Part shown: positions 1 to 10,963 of the stretch, one piece after another
How positions within the stretch are numbered: position 1 is the stretch's first letter
How the letters are laid out: each line of letters begins with the position of its first letter
From: Delftia acidovorans NBRC 14950
Lineage (GTDB): Bacteria > Pseudomonadota > Gammaproteobacteria > Burkholderiales > Burkholderiaceae_C
Direction of reading: 5' to 3'
Length of the DNA: 32,000 nucleotides
Assembly (NCBI RefSeq): GCF_001598795.1
Contig: NZ_BCZP01000008.1
Span: 60,001 to 92,000, forward strand
The notes under the pieces: generated by a model
Databases searched by the model: none
What the model saw: the letters and a program-made list of their open reading frames with translations, nothing else
What the model was told of the DNA's origin: nothing
Made by a program: the position numbers and the translations under genes

Positions 1-50
1 TGGCGGCCGGCGAGCGCGTGGTGGTCAACGGGGGAGTGCTGCTGCAATGA
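1..50 (+). CDS. 3' end of an RND efflux periplasmic adaptor (membrane-fusion protein), partial
   Basis: Codons from nt 3 read AAGERVVVNGGVLLQ and stop at TGA 48-50. This overlaps the ATG of the downstream pump in an ATGA junction. Only 16 codons are visible, so the family call rests on the position directly upstream of a CzcA/CusA-type pump. Confidence 0.45.
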   Translation, partial: AAGERVVVNGGVLLQ

Positions 51-3000
51 TCGAGCGCATCGTCAACATCGGCTTTTCGCGCCGCGGCGTGGTCTGGCTG
101 GTCTTTTGCTTCGCGGCCCTGTATGGCGTGTTCAGCTGGAAGCAGCTGCCGCTGGAGGCCTATCCCGACATTGCCGACGTGACCTCGCAGATCGTCACCC
201 AGGTGCCAGGCCTGGCGGCCGAGGAGATAGAGCAGCAGATCACCATCCCGCTGGAGCGTGCCCTGCTGGCCACGCCCGGCATGCACGTGCTGCGCTCGCG
301 CAGCCTGTTCGCGCTGTCGCTGATCACCGTGGTCTTCGAGGACGGCGTGGACGGCTACTGGGCGCGCCAGCGCCTGAAGGAGCGCATCGACGAGGTCACG
401 CTGCCCTATGGTGCCCGCGCCGGGCTGGACCCCTACAGCTCGCCCACGGGCGAGGTCTACCGCTACACGCTGGAAAGCCCCGTGCGCAGCCTGCGCGAGC
501 TGTCCGAGCTGCAGCAGTGGGTGGTGATCCCGCGCCTGAAGAAGGCCCAGTCCGTGGTGGACGTGACCAACTTCGGCGGCCTGACCACGCAGTTCATGCT
601 GGAGCTGGACCCGGCGCGGCTGCTGCAGTACGGGCTGGCGCTGTCCCAGGTGATCGAGGCCATCAATGCCAACAACGCCAGCGGCGGCGGCAGCGTCATC
701 GACCGGGGCGATGTCTCCTATGTGGTGCGCGGCGTGGGCCTGCTGGGCTCGCTGGACGACATGGGCAACGTGGTCGTCAAGACCACGGACAGCGGCACGC
801 CCGTGCTGGTCAAGGACCTGGGGCGGCTGACCTACGGCAACGTGGAGCGGCGCGGCATCCTGGGCAAGGACGGCAACTCCGACACCCTGCAGGGCATCGT
901 GCTGCTGCTCAAAGGCTCCAACCCCTCGCAGGCGCTGGAGGGCATCCACGCCGCCGTGGAGGAGCTCAACGGCAAGCTGCTGCCGCCCGACGTGAAGGTC
1001 GTGCCCTACCTGGACCGCACCACGCTGATCGAGCGCACCACCCACACCGTGGGCAAGACCCTGGCCGAAGGCCTGATCGTCGTCACCCTGGTGCTGCTGG
1101 TCTTCCTGGGCAGCCCGCGCGCGGCGCTGATCGTGGCGCTGACCATTCCCATGGCGCTGCTGCTGGCCTTCATCTTCATGCACCACGCGAAGATTCCGGC
1201 CAACCTGCTGTCGCTGGGCGCCATCGACTTCGGCATCCTGGTGGATGGGGCCGTGGTCGTGGTCGAGAACATCCTGCGGCGCCGCGAGGCCGACCAGAAC
1301 CGGCCGCTCACGCCCAGGGACGCCATCACGGCCACGCTGCAGGTGGCGCGGCCCATCTTCTTCGGCATGTGCGTGATCGCGGCCGCCTACCTGCCGCTGT
1401 TCGCCTTCGAGCGCATCGAGTACAAGCTGTTCTCGCCCATGGCCAGCGCCGTGGGCGCGGCCCTGGTCGGGGCGCTGGCCGTGGCCCTGCTGCTCACGCC
1501 GGCCCTGGCCTGGCTGGCCTTCCGCAGGCCGCGCAGGATCTTCCACAACCCCGTGCTGCATCGGCTGGGCGTGGGCTATGACCGCTTCCTGGGCGTGGCC
1601 GTGGGCCGCGTGCGCTGGCTGGCGGGGGCCGTGGCGGCATCGCTGCTGGCGCTGGGCGTGCTGGCCGGCACCATGGGCCGCGACTTCCTGCCGTACCTGG
1701 ACGAAGGCTCCATCTGGCTGCAGGTGCAGATGCCGCCCGGCATCACGCTGGACAAGGCGCGCGACATGGCCGACGCGCTGCGCAGCGCCGCACTGGAGTT
1801 CCCCGAGGTCTCCTACATCGTCACCCAGACCGGGCGCAACGATGACGGCACCGACTACTGGACGCCTTCGCACATCGAGGCCAGCGTGGGCCTGCATCCC
1901 TATGGCGAATGGAAGTCGGGCCTGACCAAGCAGCAGCTGATCGCGAAGATGGCCGCGCGCTTCGACCAGCTGCCCGGTTATTCCGTGGGCTTCATGCAGC
2001 CCATGATCGACGGCGTGCAGGACAAGCTGTCCGGCGCGCACAGCGACCTCACGGTGAAGGTCTTCGGCCAGGACCTGGCCGAAGACCGGCGCGTGGCCGA
2101 TGCCCTGGTGGCCGTGCTGGAGAAAGTGCCCGGCGCGGCCGACGTGGCCGTGGACGTGGAGCCGCCGCTGCCCAACCTGCGCATTGCGCTGGACCGCGCC
2201 GCTGCCGCGCGCTACGGCATCAATGCCTCCGACGTGGCGCAGCTCATCTCCACCGGCGTGGGCGGGGCCTCCATCGGCCAGCTGTACGTGGGCGAGCGCA
2301 GCTACGACATGGCCGTGCGCTTCACGCCCGACACGCGCAGCAGCCCCGAGGCCATCGGCGCGCTGCGCCTGTCGGCCGCCAATGGCGCCCAGGTGCCGCT
2401 GGCCGACGTGGCGCGCATCACCACCACCGTGGGCCAGAGCGTCATCGTGCGCGAGGGCGGGGAGCGCCACATCCTCGTCAAGCTCAATGTGCGCGGCCGC
2501 GACCTGGCGGGCTTCCTCAAGGATGCGCACACCGCCATCGACCAGCACCTGGACTACGACCGCCAGAAGCTGCACATCGAGTGGGGCGGCCAGTTCGAGA
2601 ACCTGCAGCGTGCCGAGGCGCGGCTGCTCATGATCCTGCCGCTGACGCTGGGCATCATGCTGGTGCTGCTGTTCGGCGAGTTCGGCAACATGCGCCAGCC
2701 GCTGCTGGTGCTGGGCGTGGTGCCGTTGGCCATGATCGGCGGCTTTGCGGGCCTGCACCTGCGCGGCATGACGCTCAACGTCTCCAGCGCCGTGGGCTTC
2801 ATCGCGCTGTTCGGCGTGGCCGTGCTCTCGGGCGTGCTCATGGTCTCGCAGATCAACCGCCTGCGCCGCGAGGACGGCCTGGGCCTGCGCGAAGCCGTGC
2901 TCGAAGGCGCCTCCAGTCGCATGCGCCCCGTGCTGATGACGGCCACCGTCGCCGCCTTCGGCCTCACGCCGGCCATGCTGGCCACGGGCCTGGGCAGCGA

Positions 3001-3219
3001 CGTGCAGCGGCCCCTGGCCACGGTCGTGGTCTGCGGCCTGTTCAGCGCCACCTTGCTGACCCTGCTGCTGCTGCCCAACCTCTACTACGTGATCGAGGCC
3101 CGTGCCGCCCGCGCGGCCGAGCGCCGCCAGCGCCGCGCCGCTGAACGCTGTGAGAGCGGCGATCTGGATGCCGCCGAGGACGAGGGTGGGCATCGCACCG
3201 CAACGAGCCAACCCCATTG

Positions 3220-3220
<1 letters not shown>
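47..3220 (+). CDS. CusA/CzcA-family heavy-metal efflux RND transporter (inner-membrane pump)
   Basis: 1057-aa ORF with RND topology: an N-terminal TM, two large periplasmic loops and clustered TM helices. It carries the HME-RND TM4 signature DFGILVDGAVVVVENI and the conserved C-terminal region RPLATVVVCGLFSATLLTLLLLPNLYY. Its start is translationally coupled to the upstream adaptor. Confidence 0.93.
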
Positions 3221-4665
<1,445 letters not shown>

Positions 4666-4727
4666 TCGCGGGAGGGCAGGGCATCTTGCGACACAATCGA
4701 CACGCCCTCATCGCAGCCCTGCACGCC

Positions 4728-5828
4728 ATGACCACCGCTCTGCGCCGCTTTCCCCATTGGCCCCGGGCCCTGATCCTGGCGGCCATGGGCGTCGCCATGG
4801 CCGCGATCTTCGCGCTGGACACGCTGACCGACTACGCCGTGGCGGCCGCCGTGTTCCATACCGCCATCATCCTGGTGGCGGTGCGCTGGTTCAGCCCGCG
4901 CGTGGTCATCGGCCTCACGGCGCTGTGCATCGTGCTGACCCTGGCCAGCTTTGCGCTCACGCCTGCCGGTGCCTATCGCACCGGACTGATCAACATGGTG
5001 ATCAGCATCCTGGCCATTGCCATCACGGCCTATCTGGGCCTGAAGATGGTGGCGGCCCAGAACGCGGCCCATGAGGCGCGCACCCAGCTGATGCGCATCA
5101 CCCAGACCACCAGCCTGGGGCAGTTGACGGCCTCCATCGCCCATGAGGTCAACCAGCCGCTGGCGGCCATCGTCACCAGCGGCAATGCCTGCCAGCGCTG
5201 GCTGGCCCAGGAGCCGCCCAATCTGGCCAAGGCCGGCCAGGCGCTGGAGCGCATCCTGGGCGATGCGCAGCGCGCCAGCGATGTCATTGCCCGCATCCGC
5301 AGCATGGCGCGCGGCGAGGCGCCCAGCCGCCAGTCCTTCGACCTCAACGACGCCGTGCGCGAGATGGCGCGCCTGTCGGACGCCGAGCTGGACCGGCGCG
5401 GCGTGGCCCTGGACCTGCAACTGGCGCCCGCGCTGCAGCCGGCCTGGGCCGACCGCGTGCACATCCAGCAGGTGCTGGCCAACCTGCTGCTCAACGCCAT
5501 GGATGCCATGCAGGGCACGCCGGCCGCGCAGCGGCGCATCACCGTCACCACCCAGGGCCTGGGCCAGCAACTGGTGCTGACCGTGGCCGATGCGGGCGAA
5601 GGCCTGTCGCCCCTGGCCCGCACCCACCTGTTCGATGCCTTCTGGACCACCAAGCCCGACGGCATGGGCCTGGGCCTGAACATCTGCCGCCATATGGCCG
5701 AGGCCAACGGCGGCCGCATCTGGGCCACGGACCGCGAGGACATGCGCGGCGGCACGGTCTTTCACATCACCATTGCCTGCGCCCCGGCCACGGGCGACAG
5801 GTCTTCCACGGGATTGCGCCATGGCTGA
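4728..5828 (+). CDS. Membrane-bound sensor histidine kinase (HisKA + HATPase_c, FixL/NtrB-like core, no PAS or periplasmic domain)
   Basis: The N-terminus has about four hydrophobic helices (ALILAAMGVAMAAIF..., AVAAAVFHTAIILVAV..., VVIGLTALCIVLTLASFAL, LINMVISILAIAITAYLGL). The H-box is SIAHEVNQPLAAI, the N-box QVLANLLLNAMDAM, and the G-boxes DAGEGL and GMGLGLNICR. The track ORF 3882..5828 is this frame extended spuriously upstream over the OMF gene. I chose ATG 4728 (MTTALRRF...). Confidence 0.88.
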   Translation: MTTALRRFPHWPRALILAAMGVAMAAIFALDTLTDYAVAAAVFHTAIILVAVRWFSPRVVIGLTALCIVLTLASFALTPAGAYRTGLINMVISILAIAITAYLGLKMVAAQNAAHEARTQLMRITQTTSLGQLTASIAHEVNQPLAAIVTSGNACQRWLAQEPPNLAKAGQALERILGDAQRASDVIARIRSMARGEAPSRQSFDLNDAVREMARLSDAELDRRGVALDLQLAPALQPAWADRVHIQQVLANLLLNAMDAMQGTPAAQRRITVTTQGLGQQLVLTVADAGEGLSPLARTHLFDAFWTTKPDGMGLGLNICRHMAEANGGRIWATDREDMRGGTVFHITIACAPATGDRSSTGLRHG

Positions 5829-6459
5829 ACCCTCCACGGCCGAAGCCGAGGCACTTGTCTACATCGTCGATGACGACGCCTCGGTGCGTGCCGCCATCGA
5901 GGACCTGCTGGCCTCGGTAGGGCTGTGCGTGCGTGCCTTCGGCGCCACGCGCGAGTTTCTGGGTCACTGGCAGCGGCAGCCGCCCGCGGGGCCTGCATGC
6001 CTGGTGCTGGACATCCGCATGCCGGGCCAAAGCGGCATGGACTTCCGGCGCCAGATGCTGGAGATGGGCCTGAAGCTGCCCACCATCTTCATCACCGGCC
6101 ATGGCGACATTCCCATGAGCGTGGAGGCCATGAAGACCGGCGCCATCGAGTTCCTGACCAAGCCCTTCCGCGACCAGGACCTGCTGGACGCCATCCAGCA
6201 GGGCATTGCCCTGGACCGCCAGCGCCGCGCGCTGGAGGCCGGCGAACAGGCGCTGCGCGCCTGCTGGCAATCGCTGTCGCCGGGCGAGCAGGAAGTGGTC
6301 GTGGGCGTGGTGCGCGGCCTGCTGAACAAGCAGATCGCGGCGGACCTGGGCGTGAGCGAAATCACGGTGAAGGTGCGGCGTGGCCAGGCCATGCGCAAGA
6401 TGCAGGTGCGCACGCTGGCCGACCTGGTGCGTGCGCTGGAGCGGCTGGATATCCGCTGA
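5821..6459 (+). CDS. Response regulator, REC + LuxR/FixJ-type HTH
   Basis: The REC domain reads LVYIVDDDASVRAAIEDLL...CLVLDIRMPGQSGMDF...PTIFITGHGDIPMSVEAMKTGAIEFLTKPF. The C-terminal LuxR HTH reads LSPGEQEVVVGVVRGLLNKQIAADLGVSEITVKVRRGQAMRKM. ATG 5821 overlaps the kinase stop codon (ATGGCTGA). Confidence 0.9.
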   Translation: MAEPSTAEAEALVYIVDDDASVRAAIEDLLASVGLCVRAFGATREFLGHWQRQPPAGPACLVLDIRMPGQSGMDFRRQMLEMGLKLPTIFITGHGDIPMSVEAMKTGAIEFLTKPFRDQDLLDAIQQGIALDRQRRALEAGEQALRACWQSLSPGEQEVVVGVVRGLLNKQIAADLGVSEITVKVRRGQAMRKMQVRTLADLVRALERLDIR

Positions 6460-6464
6460 GGTGT

Positions 6465-6501
6465 CCTGGCAGGCCGGGCGCATGCCAGGGGCAGGCCTGC
6501 C
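6465..6501. terminator. Possible bidirectional terminator hairpins between convergent genes
   Basis: cctggca (6465-6471) pairs with tgccagg (6483-6489). It is followed by the 12-nt self-complementary ggcaggcctgcc (6490-6501). There is no clear U-tract, so the call is weak. Confidence 0.25.
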
Positions 6502-6509
6502 GCAACGCT

Positions 6510-8189
6510 TCAGTGGGCGTGGCCGTGCGCCGGTGCCTGCGCAGGCCCGCTCGCGGCACTGGCGGCACTGGCGGCATCCAGCGCCAGGAAGTGGTGGACC
6601 ACGGGCCGCCCGGGGCCGATATGAAAGCGCAGCGCCTGGGCCTGCAGATCGGCATCGGCCTTGGACACGCGCTGGTGCTGGCGCAGATGCTCGGCCCAGG
6701 ACTCCACCAGGAACCACTCGATCACCCGGCCCGGCTCGCCCGTGTGCTCGGCGATGCCCCAGGCATAGGCGCCGTCGCGGCGGCGTTCGCGTGCGACATG
6801 CTGCATGGCCTCGATGAAGGCTGGCAGGTCGTCGCGGCGCACCTGGTACTCCACCTGGATCATCACCGGGCCACGGTCATGGGCCACGGGTTCGGCCAGC
6901 AGCGGCTCGGGCCAGTGGTTGGAGGCCTGCAGGTCCGCCTCGCCCGTGGGCAGCTTGATGCGGTGGAACACCAGCGAGATCGCCACCAGGCCCGCCGCGC
7001 CGATCAGCAGCGCCGTGGGAATGCCCACGCCCTGCGCGAACAGCCCCCAGGCCAGGCTGCCGCCCGCCATGGCGCCGTTGAACACCATCAGGTAGATGGC
7101 CAGCCCGCGGCCGCGTACCCAGTTGGGCAGCACCGCCTGGGCCACGCCGTTGAGCGTGGTCAGCGCAATGATCCAGCCCAGGCCCAGCACCAGCATCAGC
7201 AGCACGGCGGCCCATTGCGGCGGCGCGGTGGACAGCGCGGCCATCACGGCGGCGCTGAGCACGGAGGACAGCAGCACCAGGCCATCGGCATCCAGCCTTT
7301 TGCGCAGGCGCGGCAGCACCAGCGCACCCAGGATGGCGCCTGCGCCCACGGCGCCCAGCATCACGCCGTAAAAGCCTGCCGAGCCGCCCAGCATGCGCCG
7401 CGCCACCAGCGGCAGCAGGGCCCACACCGAGCTGGCGAAGAGGAAGAACACGGCGGCGCGCAGCAGCACCACATGCAGCTCGCGGCTGGAGCGGGCATAG
7501 CGCAGGCCTGCGCGGAAGGCGCCGAAGAACTGCTCGTTCAGGGCCGAGGCCTCGGCCTTGGGGCGCTTCCACCAGACCAGCGCGGCGATCACGAACACAT
7601 AGCTGGCCACGTCTGCACCGTAGGCCGCCGCCGCGCCGAAGCTGGCCAGCAGCAGGCCGCCGGCCGCAGGGCCCAGGGCGCGTGCGATGTTGATGCCCAG
7701 CGAGTTCAGCGCCACCGCGTTCTTGAGGTCGCTGCGCGGCACCAGCTCGGGCACGATGGATTGCCAGGTCGGCCCCATCAGCGCCGCGCCTATGCCGCCC
7801 ACGAAGGTCAGCGCCACCAGGTACTCCACCGTCAGCGTGTTGGTGCGTGCCAGCAGCAGCAGGCTGGCGCTGACGGCGGCCAGCAGGATCTGGATGCCGA
7901 TCAGGAAACGCCGGCGGTCCAGGATGTCGGACAGCACGCCGGCCGGAATCGCCAGCAGGAAGATGGGCAGCGTGGCCGCCGTCTGGATCAGGGCCACGGC
8001 GGCCGGGCTGGCCGACAGCTCGGTCACCATCCAGGAGCTGGCCACATCGCGCATGAAGCTGCCGATATTGCCCAGCACCGTGGCCGCCCACAGCACCGCG
8101 AACACGGGCTGGCGCAGCGGCGCGAAGCTGCCGGAGGCAGTGGCTGCGGGCCGGGACGAATCAGCGGTCATGGCGCTCTCCCAGGTCAT
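6510..8189 (-). CDS. MFS transporter (EntS/MFS_3-like) with an extra ~120-aa soluble C-terminal domain
   Basis: 559 aa. The first ~420 aa are a typical 12-TM MFS (FAVLWAATVLGNIGSFMRDVASSWMV..., DRRRFLIGIQ, GGLLLASFG...). The tail VMIQVEYQVRRDDLPAFIEAMQHVARERRRDGAYAWGIAEHTGEPGRVIEWFLVESWAEHLRQHQRVSKAD resembles an ABM/Dabb ferredoxin-like domain. The start is either ATG 8189 or ATG 8171, and both overlap the DoxX 3' end. Confidence 0.85.
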   Translation of the reverse strand: MTWESAMTADSSRPAATASGSFAPLRQPVFAVLWAATVLGNIGSFMRDVASSWMVTELSASPAAVALIQTAATLPIFLLAIPAGVLSDILDRRRFLIGIQILLAAVSASLLLLARTNTLTVEYLVALTFVGGIGAALMGPTWQSIVPELVPRSDLKNAVALNSLGINIARALGPAAGGLLLASFGAAAAYGADVASYVFVIAALVWWKRPKAEASALNEQFFGAFRAGLRYARSSRELHVVLLRAAVFFLFASSVWALLPLVARRMLGGSAGFYGVMLGAVGAGAILGALVLPRLRKRLDADGLVLLSSVLSAAVMAALSTAPPQWAAVLLMLVLGLGWIIALTTLNGVAQAVLPNWVRGRGLAIYLMVFNGAMAGGSLAWGLFAQGVGIPTALLIGAAGLVAISLVFHRIKLPTGEADLQASNHWPEPLLAEPVAHDRGPVMIQVEYQVRRDDLPAFIEAMQHVARERRRDGAYAWGIAEHTGEPGRVIEWFLVESWAEHLRQHQRVSKADADLQAQALRFHIGPGRPVVHHFLALDAASAASAASGPAQAPAHGHAH

Positions 8190-8616
8190 GCCAGGCGACG
8201 AACAGAAAGCCGCCGACCAGGCCCAGATGCTCGAAGAAGGAATTGGCCGCCATGAAGCGCTCCTGCCCTGCAGGAAGCTCCCAGAAGCGCAGCGCGACGA
8301 AGGTGGCCAGCAGCGTGAACGCGGCCAGCGCCAGGGCGCCCAGCCAGCGCAGCCGGCCGGTGATGATCATGGCCGAGGCGCCCAGCTCCAGCGCGATCAC
8401 CAGGACCGCGAACAGCGGTGCCGGCGACAGGCCGAAGTGGGCCATCTCGCCCAGCGCACCGGGAAAGTCGGTGAGCTTGACCAGGCCGCCCTGCAGATAG
8501 GCGGCGCACAGGCCCAGGTAGGCCACCAGGCGCACGGCCTGGCTGCCGAACACCGGGCGTGCGGTGGCCGCAAGGCGGCCGGAGAAAGTACTGGCTTGGG
8601 TCATGGCGGGTGTCAT
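8161..8616 (-). CDS. DoxX-family membrane protein
   Basis: 151 aa with four hydrophobic helices and DoxX-like sequence (LVAYLGLCAAYLQGGLVKLTDFPGALGEMAHFGL...FFEHLGLVGGFLFVAW). A GAGGAG Shine-Dalgarno overlaps the stop codon of the upstream amidohydrolase. Confidence 0.85.
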   Translation of the reverse strand: MTPAMTQASTFSGRLAATARPVFGSQAVRLVAYLGLCAAYLQGGLVKLTDFPGALGEMAHFGLSPAPLFAVLVIALELGASAMIITGRLRWLGALALAAFTLLATFVALRFWELPAGQERFMAANSFFEHLGLVGGFLFVAWHDLGERHDR

Positions 8617-8627
8617 GCGTGTGCTCC

Positions 8628-10619
8628 TCAGGCCATCCAGCAGGAGCAGCCCAGCGCGCCGAAGAAGCTTCGGGGGTCCGAGGTCGGCACGTTCGATGCC
8701 CAGGCGTTGGCATGGCTGTGGCCGTGCATGCCGCAGCTGGTGCCGCAGCCGCAGGCCGCCGCCAGGCTGCGGTAGCGCGCGGGGTTGAGCGAGTTCCTGC
8801 CCGCGCCCTCGGGCTCGCCCCAGGCACCGTAGCCGCCAAAGCGCCGCACGGGGGACCAGTCGGGCATGGCCGGCGGCAGCGGGTTGTCGTCATGCTGCTG
8901 GAAGGGGCCTGCGCCATAGACCACGCGGCCGCCCACCACGGTGAGGTCGGAGGTGAGAAAGGAGATCTCGTCCTCGGGCACGGCGAAATAGTCCTTGCTG
9001 GGCACGATCATGTCGGCCAGCTGGCCCACCTGGATGCGGCCGCGCAGGCCTTCCTCGTTGGAGAACCAGGCCACGTTCTCGGTCCACATGCGCAGCGCGG
9101 TCTCGCGGTCCAGCAGGTTGCGCTGGGGGTACATCTGCAGGCCGCCCACGGTCTTGCCCGTCACCATCCACGACAGCGACACCCAGGGGTTGTAGGAGGC
9201 CACGCGCGTGGCGTCCGTGCCGGCCGAGGTCTTCACGCCGCGCTCCAGGATCTTCTTGACGGGCGGCGTGGCCTCGGTGGCGCGTGCGCCGTAGCGTTCG
9301 GTGAAATACTCGCCCTGGTAGGCCATGCGGTGCTGCACGGCCACGCCGCCGCCCAGCGCCGCAATGCGGTCGATGGACTTGTCCGAAATGGTCTCGGCAT
9401 GGTCGAAGAACCAGTTCAGGCCGTCGATGGGCGTGTCGCGGTGCACCTTCTCGAACACATCGAGCGCGCGCGAGATGGTCTCGTCATAGGTGGCATGCAG
9501 GCGCCACGGCCATTGGTTCTGCACCAGCACGCGCACCACTTCCTCCAGGTCGCCTTCCATGCTGGGCGGCATGTCGGGGCGCGGCTGGCGGAAGTCCTCG
9601 AAGTCGGCGGCCGAGTACACCAGCATCTCGCCCGCGCCGTTGTGGCGGAAATAGTCGTTGCCCTGCTTGTACTTCACGCTTTGCGTCCAGTTGAGGAAGT
9701 CGGCCTTCTCCTCCTTGGGCTTTTGCGTGAACAGGTTGTAGGCCAGGCGCACGGTGATCTGGTTGGCGTCGCTGAGCTTCTGGATCACGTCGTAGTCGTC
9801 GGGGTAGTTCTGAAAGCCCCCGCCCGCATCGATGACGCCGGTCACGCCCAGGCGGTTGAGTTCGCGCATGAAGTGGCGCGTGGAATTGACCTGGTAGTCC
9901 AGCGGCAGCTTGGGGCCCTTGGCCAGCGTGCTGTAGAGGATGGTGGCGTTGGGCTTGGCCAGCAGCAGGCCCGTGGGGTTGCCGTTGGCATCGCGCGTGA
10001 TCTCGCCGCCTGCGGGCTGGGGCGTGTCGCGGGTGTAGCCCACGGCGCGCAGGGCGGCGGCGTTGAGCAGGGCGCGGTCATACAGGTGCAGCAGGAAGAC
10101 CGGCGTATCGGGCGCGATGGCGTTGATCTCGTCGATGGTGGGCAGGCGCTTTTCCACGAACTGGTGCTCGGTGAAACCGCCGACCACGCGCACCCACTGC
10201 GGCGCAGGCGTGATGGCCACCTGGCGCTTGAGCATGTCCAGCGCGTCGGCCAGCGATCGCACGCCGTCCCAGCGCAGCTCCAGGTTGAAGTTCAGGCCGC
10301 CACGGATCACGTGCGTGTGGTTGTCGAACAGGCCGGGCAGCACGCTGCGGCGCTGCAGATCGATGCGGCGCGTGCCGCTGCCGGCCAGGGCCAGCACCTC
10401 GGCGTCCGAGCCCACGGCGATGAACCGGCCGTCCTTCACGGCCACGGCGGTGGCGGTGGGCTTGGCCTTGTTCAGCGTGGTGAAGCGGCCGTTGTGGAAG
10501 ATGACTTCGGGCGTGGAATCGGACATGGAGGCTCCTTGGCGAGCGTTGGTGGTGCAACCCAGCAGTCCACCCATGGCAAGGGTGGCAGCGGAGCCCAGGA
10601 CTTTTCTGCGCGTGGTCAT
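8628..10619 (-). CDS. Amidohydrolase-3 family metallohydrolase, Tat-exported (possible lipoprotein)
   Basis: 663 aa from ATG 10619. It has a twin-arginine signal (MTTRRKVLGSAATLAMGGLLGC) and metal-binding HxH-type motifs (PGLFDNHTHVIRGG; GTDATRV near the C-terminal part). The overall sequence is like N-substituted formamide deformylase/Amidohydro_3 proteins. The longer track ORF (to 10901) is an upstream extension overlapping the XapX gene. Confidence 0.85.
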   Translation of the reverse strand: MTTRRKVLGSAATLAMGGLLGCTTNARQGASMSDSTPEVIFHNGRFTTLNKAKPTATAVAVKDGRFIAVGSDAEVLALAGSGTRRIDLQRRSVLPGLFDNHTHVIRGGLNFNLELRWDGVRSLADALDMLKRQVAITPAPQWVRVVGGFTEHQFVEKRLPTIDEINAIAPDTPVFLLHLYDRALLNAAALRAVGYTRDTPQPAGGEITRDANGNPTGLLLAKPNATILYSTLAKGPKLPLDYQVNSTRHFMRELNRLGVTGVIDAGGGFQNYPDDYDVIQKLSDANQITVRLAYNLFTQKPKEEKADFLNWTQSVKYKQGNDYFRHNGAGEMLVYSAADFEDFRQPRPDMPPSMEGDLEEVVRVLVQNQWPWRLHATYDETISRALDVFEKVHRDTPIDGLNWFFDHAETISDKSIDRIAALGGGVAVQHRMAYQGEYFTERYGARATEATPPVKKILERGVKTSAGTDATRVASYNPWVSLSWMVTGKTVGGLQMYPQRNLLDRETALRMWTENVAWFSNEEGLRGRIQVGQLADMIVPSKDYFAVPEDEISFLTSDLTVVGGRVVYGAGPFQQHDDNPLPPAMPDWSPVRRFGGYGAWGEPEGAGRNSLNPARYRSLAAACGCGTSCGMHGHSHANAWASNVPTSDPRSFFGALGCSCWMA

Positions 10620-10650
10620 GGTGCAGTTTTCTTGGAGAGAGGGGGAGGGG

Positions 10651-10923
10651 TCAGCCGTGGTGCCGATCGGCATCGGCATCGGCGTTCTTGCGGCCGGGCA
10701 GCTGGCCCAGCACATGCTCGGTGGCCTGCGTCTTGCTGCAGGCACTGCGCAGGTCCATGCCCTGCAGCAGATGCCGGCCCACGGGCACGATCTGCTCGCC
10801 GGCCAGGATGCCCAGCAGGCCGACCAGGGCCACCAGCGGCGGTGCGGGCGAGCGCACCTGCAGCAGGCTGTAGACCACACCGACCAGCAGGCCGGCCCCA
10901 AGGGAAAGTGCGTAGAGCTTCAT
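10651..10923 (-). CDS. XapX-domain (DUF1427) small membrane protein
   Basis: 90 aa from ATG 10923, preceded by GGAG. The N-terminus MKLYALSLGAGLLVGVVYSLLQVRSPAPPLVALVGLLGILAGEQ matches the XapX domain pattern I recall, followed by a longer hydrophilic tail. Confidence 0.7.
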   Translation of the reverse strand: MKLYALSLGAGLLVGVVYSLLQVRSPAPPLVALVGLLGILAGEQIVPVGRHLLQGMDLRSACSKTQATEHVLGQLPGRKNADADADRHHG

Positions 10924-10963
10924 GGTGTCACTCCGTGGACGGGGCCGGCGGCGGCGCTGGTGC

